50,201 nucleotides of DNA from a virus. Taxonomy: Duplodnaviria; Caudoviricetes. The stretch is taken from positions 1-50,201 of the IMG/VR virus record IMGVR_UViG_3300025875_000618; one strand, written 5' to 3'. Of the stretch, positions 8,569-15,726 are shown piece after piece. Numbering within the stretch: the stretch's first letter is position 1; the number at the start of each line of letters is the position of its first letter. The notes under the pieces are model-generated. The model saw nothing but the letters and a program-made list of their open reading frames with translations. It made no database searches and was not told where the DNA came from. The position numbers were made by a program, and so were the translations under genes.

Positions 8569-9413
8569 ACGGCGTGCACGGTGCCGTCCGTCCCGCCGGC
8601 CACGTGCCAGGCGGGGTGGTCCTCACCCTCCAGCCAGGTGCACCAGTCGTGCTCCGGGGTGGGAGCGCCGGGGCTGGCCGCGTGGCAGTACCGGCGGCCC
8701 ACCGGGGCCTTGTCCAGCTGGGGCGTGGGGTCCGGGTCTCCCACCGCGTAGGGCGGCGGCAACTGCCACGGGTCAGGGGAGCCCGCGGGGGGCGTGCTCT
8801 GCTGGCGAGCCCAGGCCAGCAGCGCCAGGCCCAAGCCGGCGGCGGAGTGCTCCGTCAGGTCCAGCAGGCTGGTGGAGTCCGTCTCCAGGTGCACCGCGGT
8901 GCCGTACGGCTGGAGGACCACGGGGCCCTCCCCGTCTCCCTGGTCCGGGCCCACCCACAGCGGGCCGGGCAGCTCCGGGGTGAGGACGTGGCAGGCGCAC
9001 CGGCAGGTGTCCGGGTCCTCCTGGTCCGCGGCCCGGTCGGAGCACTCCGCGTGCCAGCCGATGGAGCACTGGCGGTTGATGCCCAGGGTGCTCCCGGTGC
9101 GCGCCAGGCGGTCCGTCCAGGAGTCCGCGGTCTCCTCACCCTGGGGGCCCAGCGGGGGGACGTCCGCAGGGGACAGGTGCACGCCGGCGGGCAGCGGCTC
9201 CTGACTGGTGGGCCACACGTCCGTGACGCGGCCGCGGGTGTCCGCGGCCACGTGCCAGTCCGGGTGCTCCGGGCCGGCGGCCCAGGTGCACCAGCGGGCA
9301 CGGCCGACGCCGGCGGGGTAGCGGACCGCCCAGCAGTAGGCGGCCGGGTCCTGCAGCTGCGGCGTGGGGTCCGGGTCACCCGGCGTCCACGGCGCGGGGG
9401 CCGGGGCGGTCAC
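8547..9413 (-). CDS. Hypothetical protein with duplicated Cys/His domain
   Basis: GDPDPTPQL...YC...WCTW...HP.WHVA at both termini. Confidence 0.75.
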   Translation of the reverse strand: MTAPAPAPWTPGDPDPTPQLQDPAAYCWAVRYPAGVGRARWCTWAAGPEHPDWHVAADTRGRVTDVWPTSQEPLPAGVHLSPADVPPLGPQGEETADSWTDRLARTGSTLGINRQCSIGWHAECSDRAADQEDPDTCRCACHVLTPELPGPLWVGPDQGDGEGPVVLQPYGTAVHLETDSTSLLDLTEHSAAGLGLALLAWARQQSTPPAGSPDPWQLPPPYAVGDPDPTPQLDKAPVGRRYCHAASPGAPTPEHDWCTWLEGEDHPAWHVAGGTDGTVHAVWAVLPF

Positions 9414-9916
9414 TGGGCTGCCTCCGTCCGGGCGGGCCGCGCCGGCGGTGCCCAGTCCAGCCAGGGCACGCCCACGTCTGGCTGGCTCAGGTCCGGGCGG
9501 GTCATGGTGGTGCCGCCCAGCGGGGAGCCACCGAAGACGGCGCGCTCCAGCAGCTGCAGGATGCCGTCCCGGGTCAGGCCCTTGGGGCGCTCACGGCGGT
9601 ACCGGGCCAGGTCCGCGCCGCAGCCGTCCTGCAGCAGCATGAACTCCCGCTGCTGGATGACCAGGGCGCCGGTGCACTCCCGGACGCGGGAGTGCACGGG
9701 GGCTGGGCGGTAGCCGGCGGCCTGGGCCCTCTCGGACACCGGGTTGCCGGGGTCGGTGGGGTGGCAGGACATGCGCTCACCGCGGCGGAGCTGCGCCCAG
9801 AGGCGCTGCAGGTTGGCCTTGGTGTACCAGCCGTCCGGGTGGCGCTTGCCCTGGTTGCTGGGCCGCCAGGGGCAGTGGACGCAGGGGGTAGGTGCTGCGG
9901 GGTCAGGCAGGGTCAC
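9410..9916 (-). CDS. DUF6283-like Cys-rich protein
   Basis: PCVHCPWR...MSCH...CTGAL pattern; GAGGAG RBS. Confidence 0.7.
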   Translation of the reverse strand: MTLPDPAAPTPCVHCPWRPSNQGKRHPDGWYTKANLQRLWAQLRRGERMSCHPTDPGNPVSERAQAAGYRPAPVHSRVRECTGALVIQQREFMLLQDGCGADLARYRRERPKGLTRDGILQLLERAVFGGSPLGGTTMTRPDLSQPDVGVPWLDWAPPARPARTEAAQ

Positions 9917-9965
9917 GGGGTGCTCCTCAGCGCGTGCGTGGGTGGGGTGGTGCGGGGCGGGGCGG

Positions 9966-10271
9966 TCAGTAGTCGGGGCTGTCCGGCGGGTCGGTCAGGG
10001 TCTCCGTGGTGTCCTCCAGCTGGGAGCGGGCCTCACCCACGCTGTCCACCAGCTCCTCCACGGCGTCCAGCCAGGTCTCCGCTGCCTCCCCGCGGGGGCT
10101 CTCCTGCCACTTCTCCGTGCGCTCCGCCCAGACCTGGCGGCCGTTGGCCAGCAGGTCCTCCAGCTGGCCGGACAGCTGCTCCAGGTCCGCCCGGGCGTCG
10201 GTCATGGTGTTGCGGGACTCCGTGATGCGCTCCAGGAGCGCGGCGGGGATGCGGAAGGGGTCAGCGGCCAC
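9966..10271 (-). CDS. Helical phage protein
   Basis: RTEKWQESPRGE motif within a coiled-coil; GAGGAG RBS. Confidence 0.75.
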   Translation of the reverse strand: MAADPFRIPAALLERITESRNTMTDARADLEQLSGQLEDLLANGRQVWAERTEKWQESPRGEAAETWLDAVEELVDSVGEARSQLEDTTETLTDPPDSPDY

Positions 10272-10686
10272 GGTGGGTCTCCTCAGGGGTGGGGCGGGTG
10301 GACAGGTCACGGTGCTGGGCCACCAGGTAGGCGCGGTGGCCGGCGGCGTGCCAGCGGGCGGCGGCCAGCAGCTGGCGGTCTCCCAGGAGGCGGGCGTCCC
10401 GGATGCGCTGCACCTGGTGGCGGTAGGCGGACAGGCGGGCGGCGCGCTCGTTGGCCTCCGTGCGCTGCGGCCGGTGGTACCAGCCGCCGGGCCACATAGT
10501 GGCCTCCCGGCCAGGGCAGGGCTCCTCCAGCGCGGAGCCGTAGTCCGGGCCGCCGGCGTTGAGCCCGGCGCGCCCGCAGCGGCCGCAGGTGTGCCGGTGG
10601 TGGCTGCCGTCCGCGTGGGGGCGGTGGCCCAGCTCCGCCATGCGCGCGGCGATGCGCGCGGTGGGGTCCTGCAGGCGGGTGCTCAC
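10261..10686 (-). CDS. Hypothetical protein
   Basis: GH...CGRCG...C motif; GTGA-coupled. Confidence 0.65.
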   Translation of the reverse strand: MSTRLQDPTARIAARMAELGHRPHADGSHHRHTCGRCGRAGLNAGGPDYGSALEEPCPGREATMWPGGWYHRPQRTEANERAARLSAYRHQVQRIRDARLLGDRQLLAAARWHAAGHRAYLVAQHRDLSTRPTPEETHRGR

Positions 10687-11030
10687 GGCTGGGTGGCCGC
10701 GGGAGTGGGGGCGTGGCGGGTGACCAGCTGCCGCAGCCAGTCCGGCGCGCCGGGGCCCTGCTCGCTGGGCTGCAGGAGGACGCCGGCGGCGGAGATGTAG
10801 CTGCGGCCGCTGGTCTGCCCGCCCGCGTAGGGGCGGCCGTCCGCGGTGAGGCGGGGGCCCTGGATGGACGCGCGGGTCAGCACGCCGTCCTCCCAGCGGA
10901 CGGTGACGCGGGTGGGCTGGAAGGTGCGGCCGGTGTGGTCCCGCATGGGCTCCAGGCCGGTCACGGCGGCGCGGAGCTGGGTGGCGGTGTAGGTGTGCAG
11001 CTGGGTGATGGTGGGGCTGGTGTCAGGCAC
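10683..11030 (-). CDS. Hypothetical protein
   Basis: GAGGAG RBS; IQGPRLTADG...APDWL. Confidence 0.7.
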   Translation of the reverse strand: MPDTSPTITQLHTYTATQLRAAVTGLEPMRDHTGRTFQPTRVTVRWEDGVLTRASIQGPRLTADGRPYAGGQTSGRSYISAAGVLLQPSEQGPGAPDWLRQLVTRHAPTPAATQP

Positions 11031-11090
11031 GGTGGGTCTCCTCAGAGGGTGGGGCCTGGCCCGCCCGGGGGCAGGGGGCGGGCCAGGCGG

Positions 11091-11396
11091 TCAGGGGGTG
11101 GTGTCAGGGCCGGGCGGGGGGACCTCCTCGTACCAGGTCCGCCCGCCGGCCAGCCGGTCCATGACGCGGACCAGGTTGGTGTCCTCCGCGTAGGCGTCCC
11201 AGTAGCCGCGGCACATCGCCTCTCCGGCGTCCGGGTAGGGCCCGTACGGGAGGGTGCTGTGGCAGGTGAGCACGGTGCCGGCGTCCCGGTTGCCCTGGAC
11301 CACCTCACGGAAGCGGCCCTCCGCCAGGTGCATGGGGTTGCCGGCGCGGAAGATGCACGTGCCGCACTTTTCGCTCAGGAGCCGCGGCTTCCTCAC
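11091..11396 (-). CDS. Second DUF6283-like Cys-rich protein
   Basis: CGTCIFR...TCHST...MCRGY. Confidence 0.65.
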   Translation of the reverse strand: MRKPRLLSEKCGTCIFRAGNPMHLAEGRFREVVQGNRDAGTVLTCHSTLPYGPYPDAGEAMCRGYWDAYAEDTNLVRVMDRLAGGRTWYEEVPPPGPDTTP

Positions 11397-11824
11397 TGCG
11401 TGTCCCCCGCCCAGGTGTAGGTGGTCTGCCGGGTCCAGTCCCCGTGGACCTCCCGGCTGTGCGGTGCGCGCTGGCCGCCGCGCACGGTGTCCCCGCAGGT
11501 GCCGCAGCGCCAGGGGCCGGTGCGGCACTCCTGGCAGGGCTCGTCCTGCGGGCGGCCGTGGGCGCAGCGGGGCTGCTCCGCCTCCGCGTCCGGGTACAGC
11601 TCCGCGGCCAGCGCGCTGCCGTCCTCCGTGAGGGTCCAGACCATGCCGCTGTGCAGCTCCAGGGCGCGCTGCGCCAGGCCACGCTGCTCCAGCCCGCGGA
11701 GCGCGCCAGCGGCCCGGCCGGGGGACAGGAGCATGTCCGTGTCGATGCGGTCCGCGGTGCGGCCGTAGCCGTCCATGAGGCACAGCAGGACCACCCGCTG
11801 GGTGGGGCCCACCCGGGCGCTCAC
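11393..11824 (-). CDS. Winged-HTH protein with C-terminal Zn-binding motifs
   Basis: Q..VL..L...ALRGLEQRGLA...WTLTEDG (MarR-like wHTH) followed by CAHG...CQEC and CGTC...H...H. Confidence 0.65.
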   Translation of the reverse strand: MSARVGPTQRVVLLCLMDGYGRTADRIDTDMLLSPGRAAGALRGLEQRGLAQRALELHSGMVWTLTEDGSALAAELYPDAEAEQPRCAHGRPQDEPCQECRTGPWRCGTCGDTVRGGQRAPHSREVHGDWTRQTTYTWAGDTQ

Positions 11825-12279
11825 CGGGCGCTCCAGGGGGCGCGGTGCGCGGACACCCGGGCCAGGCGCTCCTGGTCCTCCGGGGTGGCCGGGGTGGGGC
11901 AGCAGCCGCACGCCGGCCGGGGGGTGCCCCAGGTGAGGGCGGGCACGTGCAGGTCGTGCTCCAGGACCACGCTGCGCCAGGCGTCCAGCGTGGTCTGTGC
12001 GCGCTCCCGCGCCTCCGCGTTGGTGATGCGGGCGCCGGCGTACCGGGCGAAGCCAGCGGCCGCCTGGGCGTCGTTGATGAAGCCAGCGGCCAGCTGGGGG
12101 TTCCGTGCGGCGCGGACCAGGAGCTGGCCGCACTGCCGGGCGTTGGCCTGGCCGCCGTCCCGGTTGCGGTGGGTGTGCCCGCAGGTGGCCAGGGAGCGGC
12201 GGTGGCCCAGGCGGACCGCGGCCTGCCAGTGGCCGGCGGTGCCGATCACGGCCAGGCGGGGACCCAGGGAGGCGGTCAC
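11821..12279 (-). CDS. Hypothetical protein
   Basis: 152 aa; CGHTH...ARQC; GTGA-coupled. Confidence 0.65.
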   Translation of the reverse strand: MTASLGPRLAVIGTAGHWQAAVRLGHRRSLATCGHTHRNRDGGQANARQCGQLLVRAARNPQLAAGFINDAQAAAGFARYAGARITNAEARERAQTTLDAWRSVVLEHDLHVPALTWGTPRPACGCCPTPATPEDQERLARVSAHRAPWSAR

Positions 12280-12599
12280 AGCGCGGTCCCGGTGACCGGC
12301 AGGTCGTGCTCTGCGCAGTGGATGCCGTCCAGGGAGCTGGCGATGTTGACGGGGCGGCCGCAGTAGCAGCGGCGGCGGGGGTGCTGGACGGGTGCGGGGG
12401 TGGGCTCCTGCTCCGGGGCCAGGTTGGCGGCGTCCCAGCCGGCGGTCCAGGCGGACATGATGGGGACGGCACCGCCACCCACCGGCAGGCCCATGATCGC
12501 GTCGAAGACGGCAGGGTCCGTGGTGGGCAGGCGGCGGAGGCCGGCGGCGTGGGCCTGGCGGCCCACCTCCTGCCAGTCGGTGGGTTGGGTCTGGGTCAC
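12276..12599 (-). CDS. Hypothetical protein
   Basis: CAGCTGAGGAGC RBS element; C-terminal CYCG...CAEH. Confidence 0.7.
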   Translation of the reverse strand: MTQTQPTDWQEVGRQAHAAGLRRLPTTDPAVFDAIMGLPVGGGAVPIMSAWTAGWDAANLAPEQEPTPAPVQHPRRRCYCGRPVNIASSLDGIHCAEHDLPVTGTAL

Positions 12600-12604
12600 G
12601 GTGT

Positions 12605-12690
12605 GCTCCTCAGCTGGGGTGATCCTGCGTACATGGGGAGTGTACGGCACGGGCGGCGTGTGCGTCCACCCGGGGTGTACGGCGCGCCGG
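12605..12690 (-). promoter_or_regulatory. Promoter with two 17-bp palindromic boxes and conserved RBS element
   Basis: -35 TGGACG, 18-nt spacer, -10 TACACT; boxes at 12629-12645 and 12664-12680; RBS element 12605-12616. Confidence 0.75.
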
Positions 12691-12727
12691 GCCGGGCTCC
12701 GGTGTGGAGCCCAGCCCGGGCGGGGGG

Positions 12728-13183
12728 TCAGAGGGCGGCCAGCTCAGCCAGGGCGGCGGCCGCGTCCACGGTGAGGGCGGCGTACTGGGCGGCGCGCTCC
12801 ACCAGGGTGGCGGCGGCGGCGGCGCGGTCCTCAGCGGTGCGGGTCTCGTCCGCCGCCACCTGGGACAGGAAGGTCACGGTGTCCAGGTAGCTGGCGGAGC
12901 GGCGGGCCGGGGCGGCGGCGCGGGTCTCCAGCGCGCGGCGGCGGTCAGCGGCGCGGCGCTCAGCGGCCCGGGCCTTCTTCTGCTCCGGGCTGGCGGCGGT
13001 GGAGGAGGTGCCGGCCTGGCAGCGGCGGCAGGTCACGGCGTCCGTGGTGGGGGCGGAGAAGTGCAGCTCCGCCACCTGGGTGTTGCTCATGCACACGGGG
13101 ACGGGGCGGCCGTCTGCGTGGGTGCGGCCGGCATGGACGGTGCCGGTGTGGGTGGTGACGTTGGTGGCGGTCTGGGTGCTCAT
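12728..13183 (-). CDS. Hypothetical protein (H...C...VTCRRC)
   Basis: ATG with GAGG RBS; hairpin at about 12686-12721 after the stop. Confidence 0.7.
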   Translation of the reverse strand: MSTQTATNVTTHTGTVHAGRTHADGRPVPVCMSNTQVAELHFSAPTTDAVTCRRCQAGTSSTAASPEQKKARAAERRAADRRRALETRAAAPARRSASYLDTVTFLSQVAADETRTAEDRAAAAATLVERAAQYAALTVDAAAALAELAAL

Positions 13184-13235
13184 GGTCTTGGGCCTCTCAT
13201 GTCCGCGGGGGCGTCTCCCCCGCATGGACATGACT

Positions 13236-13290
13236 GTACACCCCCCATGCACAGTGGGCGTGCATGGGGGGTGCGGCGCGCCGGCGTGTC
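13236..13290 (-). promoter_or_regulatory. Promoter with palindromic boxes and GACACGCC element
   Basis: GTACACCCCCCATGCAC 13236-13252, degenerate second box 13260-13276, GGCGCGCCGGCGTGTC 13275-13290. Confidence 0.65.
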
Positions 13291-13495
13291 ACCCGGGCGG
13301 GGGAGCCAGCCGGCGGTCCACCTCCCGCAGCACCGCGGGGGACAGGCTGGCGCGGACCTTGGCCAGTGCGCGGTTGGCCGCCTGGGCGTCCCGGCGCGCG
13401 TGCCCCCCGTCTGGCTCGGCCGCCTCCTGCTCCAGGCGGTCCACGGCACCCACCAGCGCCAGGTACTCCGCCGCAGTGAAGCGGGGCGGGGTCAC
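13289..13495 (-). CDS. Small hypothetical protein
   Basis: GTGA-coupled 68 aa ORF. Confidence 0.6.
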   Translation of the reverse strand: MTPPRFTAAEYLALVGAVDRLEQEAAEPDGGHARRDAQAANRALAKVRASLSPAVLREVDRRLAPPPG

Positions 13496-13812
13496 CGGCG
13501 TGCGCGGGCGGCGGCCCGGCCCTCAGTGGCGGCCTGGCGGGCACCGGCCACTAGGGCGGGCGTGCCCAGCTGGTCTGCGCGGCGCCAGTTCACGCCGGCC
13601 CCCTTCGTGTTCGCCACGATGACACCGCGGCGGTGGAGGTAGGCGGCCAGGACGTCCCAGCCCTGGCAGACCGCGCGGCCGCGGGAGTCGTACAGCCAGC
13701 CGCCGGTGCGGGCGGTGACCCCGTTCTGGGCGGCCCAGGTGCGGGCCAGCTCCTGGGTGGTCATCTGCCAGGTGGGGACGTTGCGGACGCGGGCGGTGGT
13801 GGCGGTGCTCAT
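13492..13812 (-). CDS. Hypothetical protein
   Basis: GCTGAGGAG RBS; GGWLYDSRGRAVCQGW. Confidence 0.7.
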   Translation of the reverse strand: MSTATTARVRNVPTWQMTTQELARTWAAQNGVTARTGGWLYDSRGRAVCQGWDVLAAYLHRRGVIVANTKGAGVNWRRADQLGTPALVAGARQAATEGRAAARARR

Positions 13813-13849
13813 GGCGGGGGGCTCCTCAGCCGGTGTGGTGGGTGGGTGG

Positions 13850-14083
13850 TCAGCGGGCGCGGCGGGCCACGGTGTACGTGGTGTCCGCGGGGACGGTGTA
13901 CTGGCGGGGCCAGCCCAGCTCCTGGTCCGGCACGGCGGTCCAGAGGGTGACGCCGGCGGCGGTGACGTCCAGGTCGTACACCGCGTGCTCACGGTCGCCG
14001 TGCTCGTCCAGCACCACGTCTCCCATGCGCAGCTCAGCGGCGGTCAGGGTCAGCGTGGCGGCGGCGGCGGTGGTGGCGTCCAT
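13850..14083 (-). CDS. Small SH3-like hypothetical protein, probably leaderless
   Basis: AAELRMGDVV motif; -10 TACAGT 7 nt before ATG, overlapped by box 14094-14110. Confidence 0.7.
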   Translation of the reverse strand: MDATTAAAATLTLTAAELRMGDVVLDEHGDREHAVYDLDVTAAGVTLWTAVPDQELGWPRQYTVPADTTYTVARRAR

Positions 14084-14120
14084 GAGCAGTACTGTACACC
14101 CCCGGTGGACACATACGGCA

Positions 14121-14157
14121 GAGGGGGACGCGCCGGCGTGTCCGGCGCGTCCCCCTC
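14121..14157. terminator. Hairpin downstream of 14169 ORF, containing GACACGCC element
   Basis: GAGGGGGACGCGCCGG / CCGGCGCGTCCCCCTC 16-bp stem. Confidence 0.65.
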
Positions 14158-14168
14158 ACGGGTGAGGC

Positions 14169-14993
14169 TCAGCAGGTGCAGGGCGGCAGCGCGTCCTCCA
14201 GGGTCAGCTCCGCCCGGTCCGCCTCCGCGTGCCCGCACTCCGGCAGCTCCCACAGGGACTCCGCGTGCAGGCGCACCACGGCCTGGAGCACGTACCGGGA
14301 CAGGTTGGCCTGGCGGCGCTCGCTGCGCAGCCGGCCGATGCGCCGGGAGTCCTCCAGCAGGGTCTCCCGCCGCTGCGTGTACTGGTACAGCTGGGCGGTG
14401 CGCGCGCACGTCCACCGCACGTTCATGTCCCACAGCTGGCCGCGGTGGTTGACTCCGCCCACCGGGCCGCAGAGCAGCTGCGCCGGCGGCAGCCAGGCGT
14501 CCACCGCTGCGGTGTCCCGCGGGTCCAGGTCCTGCGGCAGCAGCCGCTCCACCAGGACGTCCACGTGGTCCGTGTCCAGGTAGTACTCCCGGTCCGCCCC
14601 GTCCGCCTGCTCCTCCGCGGTGGGGGTCAGGGTGACCTCCCGGGTAGCGGGGTCAGTGGTAACGGTGGCGGCGGTGATCCACAGCTCCTCTAGCGGCCAG
14701 GTGGCCACGCGCACGCGGTCTCCGTCCTGCAGGCCGGTCACCGGCAGCTTCACGGTCTCCCGGGGGCCGGCCAGGTCAAGCGCGGGCGCGGCGGCCAGCA
14801 GGTCCACCTCCCGCTGGGCCACCTGGGCGGCGTGGGGGTCGCAGGCCACGTGCGCCGTGCCGGCCACCACCACGGTCAGCAGGGTGGTGGCCCGGCAGGG
14901 GGTGCCGGCCTTCGTCACGCCGGTGCAGCGGCTGCTGGTGGCCTGGGCGGAGTAGGTGACACCGGCGGGGAGGGTTTGGGCGTACATGGTCAT
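14169..14993 (-). CDS. Hypothetical protein (N-terminal CTGxTKAGxPC motif)
   Basis: GCTGAGGAG RBS; 274 aa. Confidence 0.75.
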   Translation of the reverse strand: MTMYAQTLPAGVTYSAQATSSRCTGVTKAGTPCRATTLLTVVVAGTAHVACDPHAAQVAQREVDLLAAAPALDLAGPRETVKLPVTGLQDGDRVRVATWPLEELWITAATVTTDPATREVTLTPTAEEQADGADREYYLDTDHVDVLVERLLPQDLDPRDTAAVDAWLPPAQLLCGPVGGVNHRGQLWDMNVRWTCARTAQLYQYTQRRETLLEDSRRIGRLRSERRQANLSRYVLQAVVRLHAESLWELPECGHAEADRAELTLEDALPPCTC

Positions 14994-14998
14994 GGCGG

Positions 14999-15084
14999 GC
15001 TCCTCAGCGTGGTGGGCGGTGCGTACATGGGGAGTGTACACACACCGGCCCGGCGCGCGTCCACCCCCCATGTACGGGCGTGTC
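14999..15084 (-). promoter_or_regulatory. Promoter with two palindromic boxes
   Basis: TGGACG-N19-TACACT; boxes at 15023-15039 and 15059-15075; GGCGTGTC 15077-15084. Confidence 0.75.
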
Positions 15085-15454
15085 ACTCCTCCGCGGCGTC
15101 CAGCTCCTCCACCACGCGGCGCAGCTGCTCCAGCCGCACCTCCCGCTTGGTCACGCCCTGCCCGGCCGGCATGGAGTACCCGGCGGGGTAGGTGTAGCTC
15201 CGCCGGGACTGGCCGGTGCGGGCGTCGATGACGTCCCGGGCGATGGTGTGGCAGCGCGCGCACATCATGGTGCGGGAGTAGCCGGTGACCCGGCCGCTGT
15301 CGCTGGTCACGCGCCGCCAGGACCAGTCCGTGCGCGGGGGCCAGGTGTGCTGGACGTCCCGGCAGGCCAGGAAGTCTGGGGCGTAGTCCAGGAGGCGGGC
15401 GGGGTCTGCGGCTTGCTCAGAGTGGACACGGCGGGACTGCTCCTCAGCTGTCAT
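15083..15454 (-). CDS. Actinophage-type Zn-binding hypothetical protein
   Basis: LACRDVQHTW...CARC...YTYPAGY pattern; likely leaderless. Confidence 0.75.
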   Translation of the reverse strand: MTAEEQSRRVHSEQAADPARLLDYAPDFLACRDVQHTWPPRTDWSWRRVTSDSGRVTGYSRTMMCARCHTIARDVIDARTGQSRRSYTYPAGYSMPAGQGVTKREVRLEQLRRVVEELDAAEE

Positions 15455-15465
15455 GCCGCGGTACT

Positions 15466-15502
15466 GTACACTCACCGTGTACACACCCCAGCTGAGGAGC
15501 TG
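15466..15502. promoter_or_regulatory. Divergent promoter with palindromic box and RBS hairpin
   Basis: GTACACTCACCGTGTAC 15466-15482; CAGCTGAGGAGCTG 15489-15502. Confidence 0.7.
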
Positions 15503-15504
15503 CC

Positions 15505-15726
15505 ATGAGCACCGCCCGCACCGCCACCACCGGCCGCCGCCGCCCCGGCTCCGTCCGCTTCGACCCGTACTGGAAGGTCCAGGTGTGGGAGGACCGCTCC
15601 CTGACCTGGAAGGACGTGCAGAAGGCCCACCCGTCCCCGGAGCAGGCGTGGGCGGCCGCGCCCGCCGGGCAGACCGTGCGGCTGATGCACGTCTACCCGG
15701 GCGGGCGCGCCCCCGTCACTCGCTGA
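15505..15726 (+). CDS. Small hypothetical protein
   Basis: GAGGAG RBS; FDPYWKVQVWEDRSLTWKDVQK. Confidence 0.75.
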   Translation: MSTARTATTGRRRPGSVRFDPYWKVQVWEDRSLTWKDVQKAHPSPEQAWAAAPAGQTVRLMHVYPGGRAPVTR

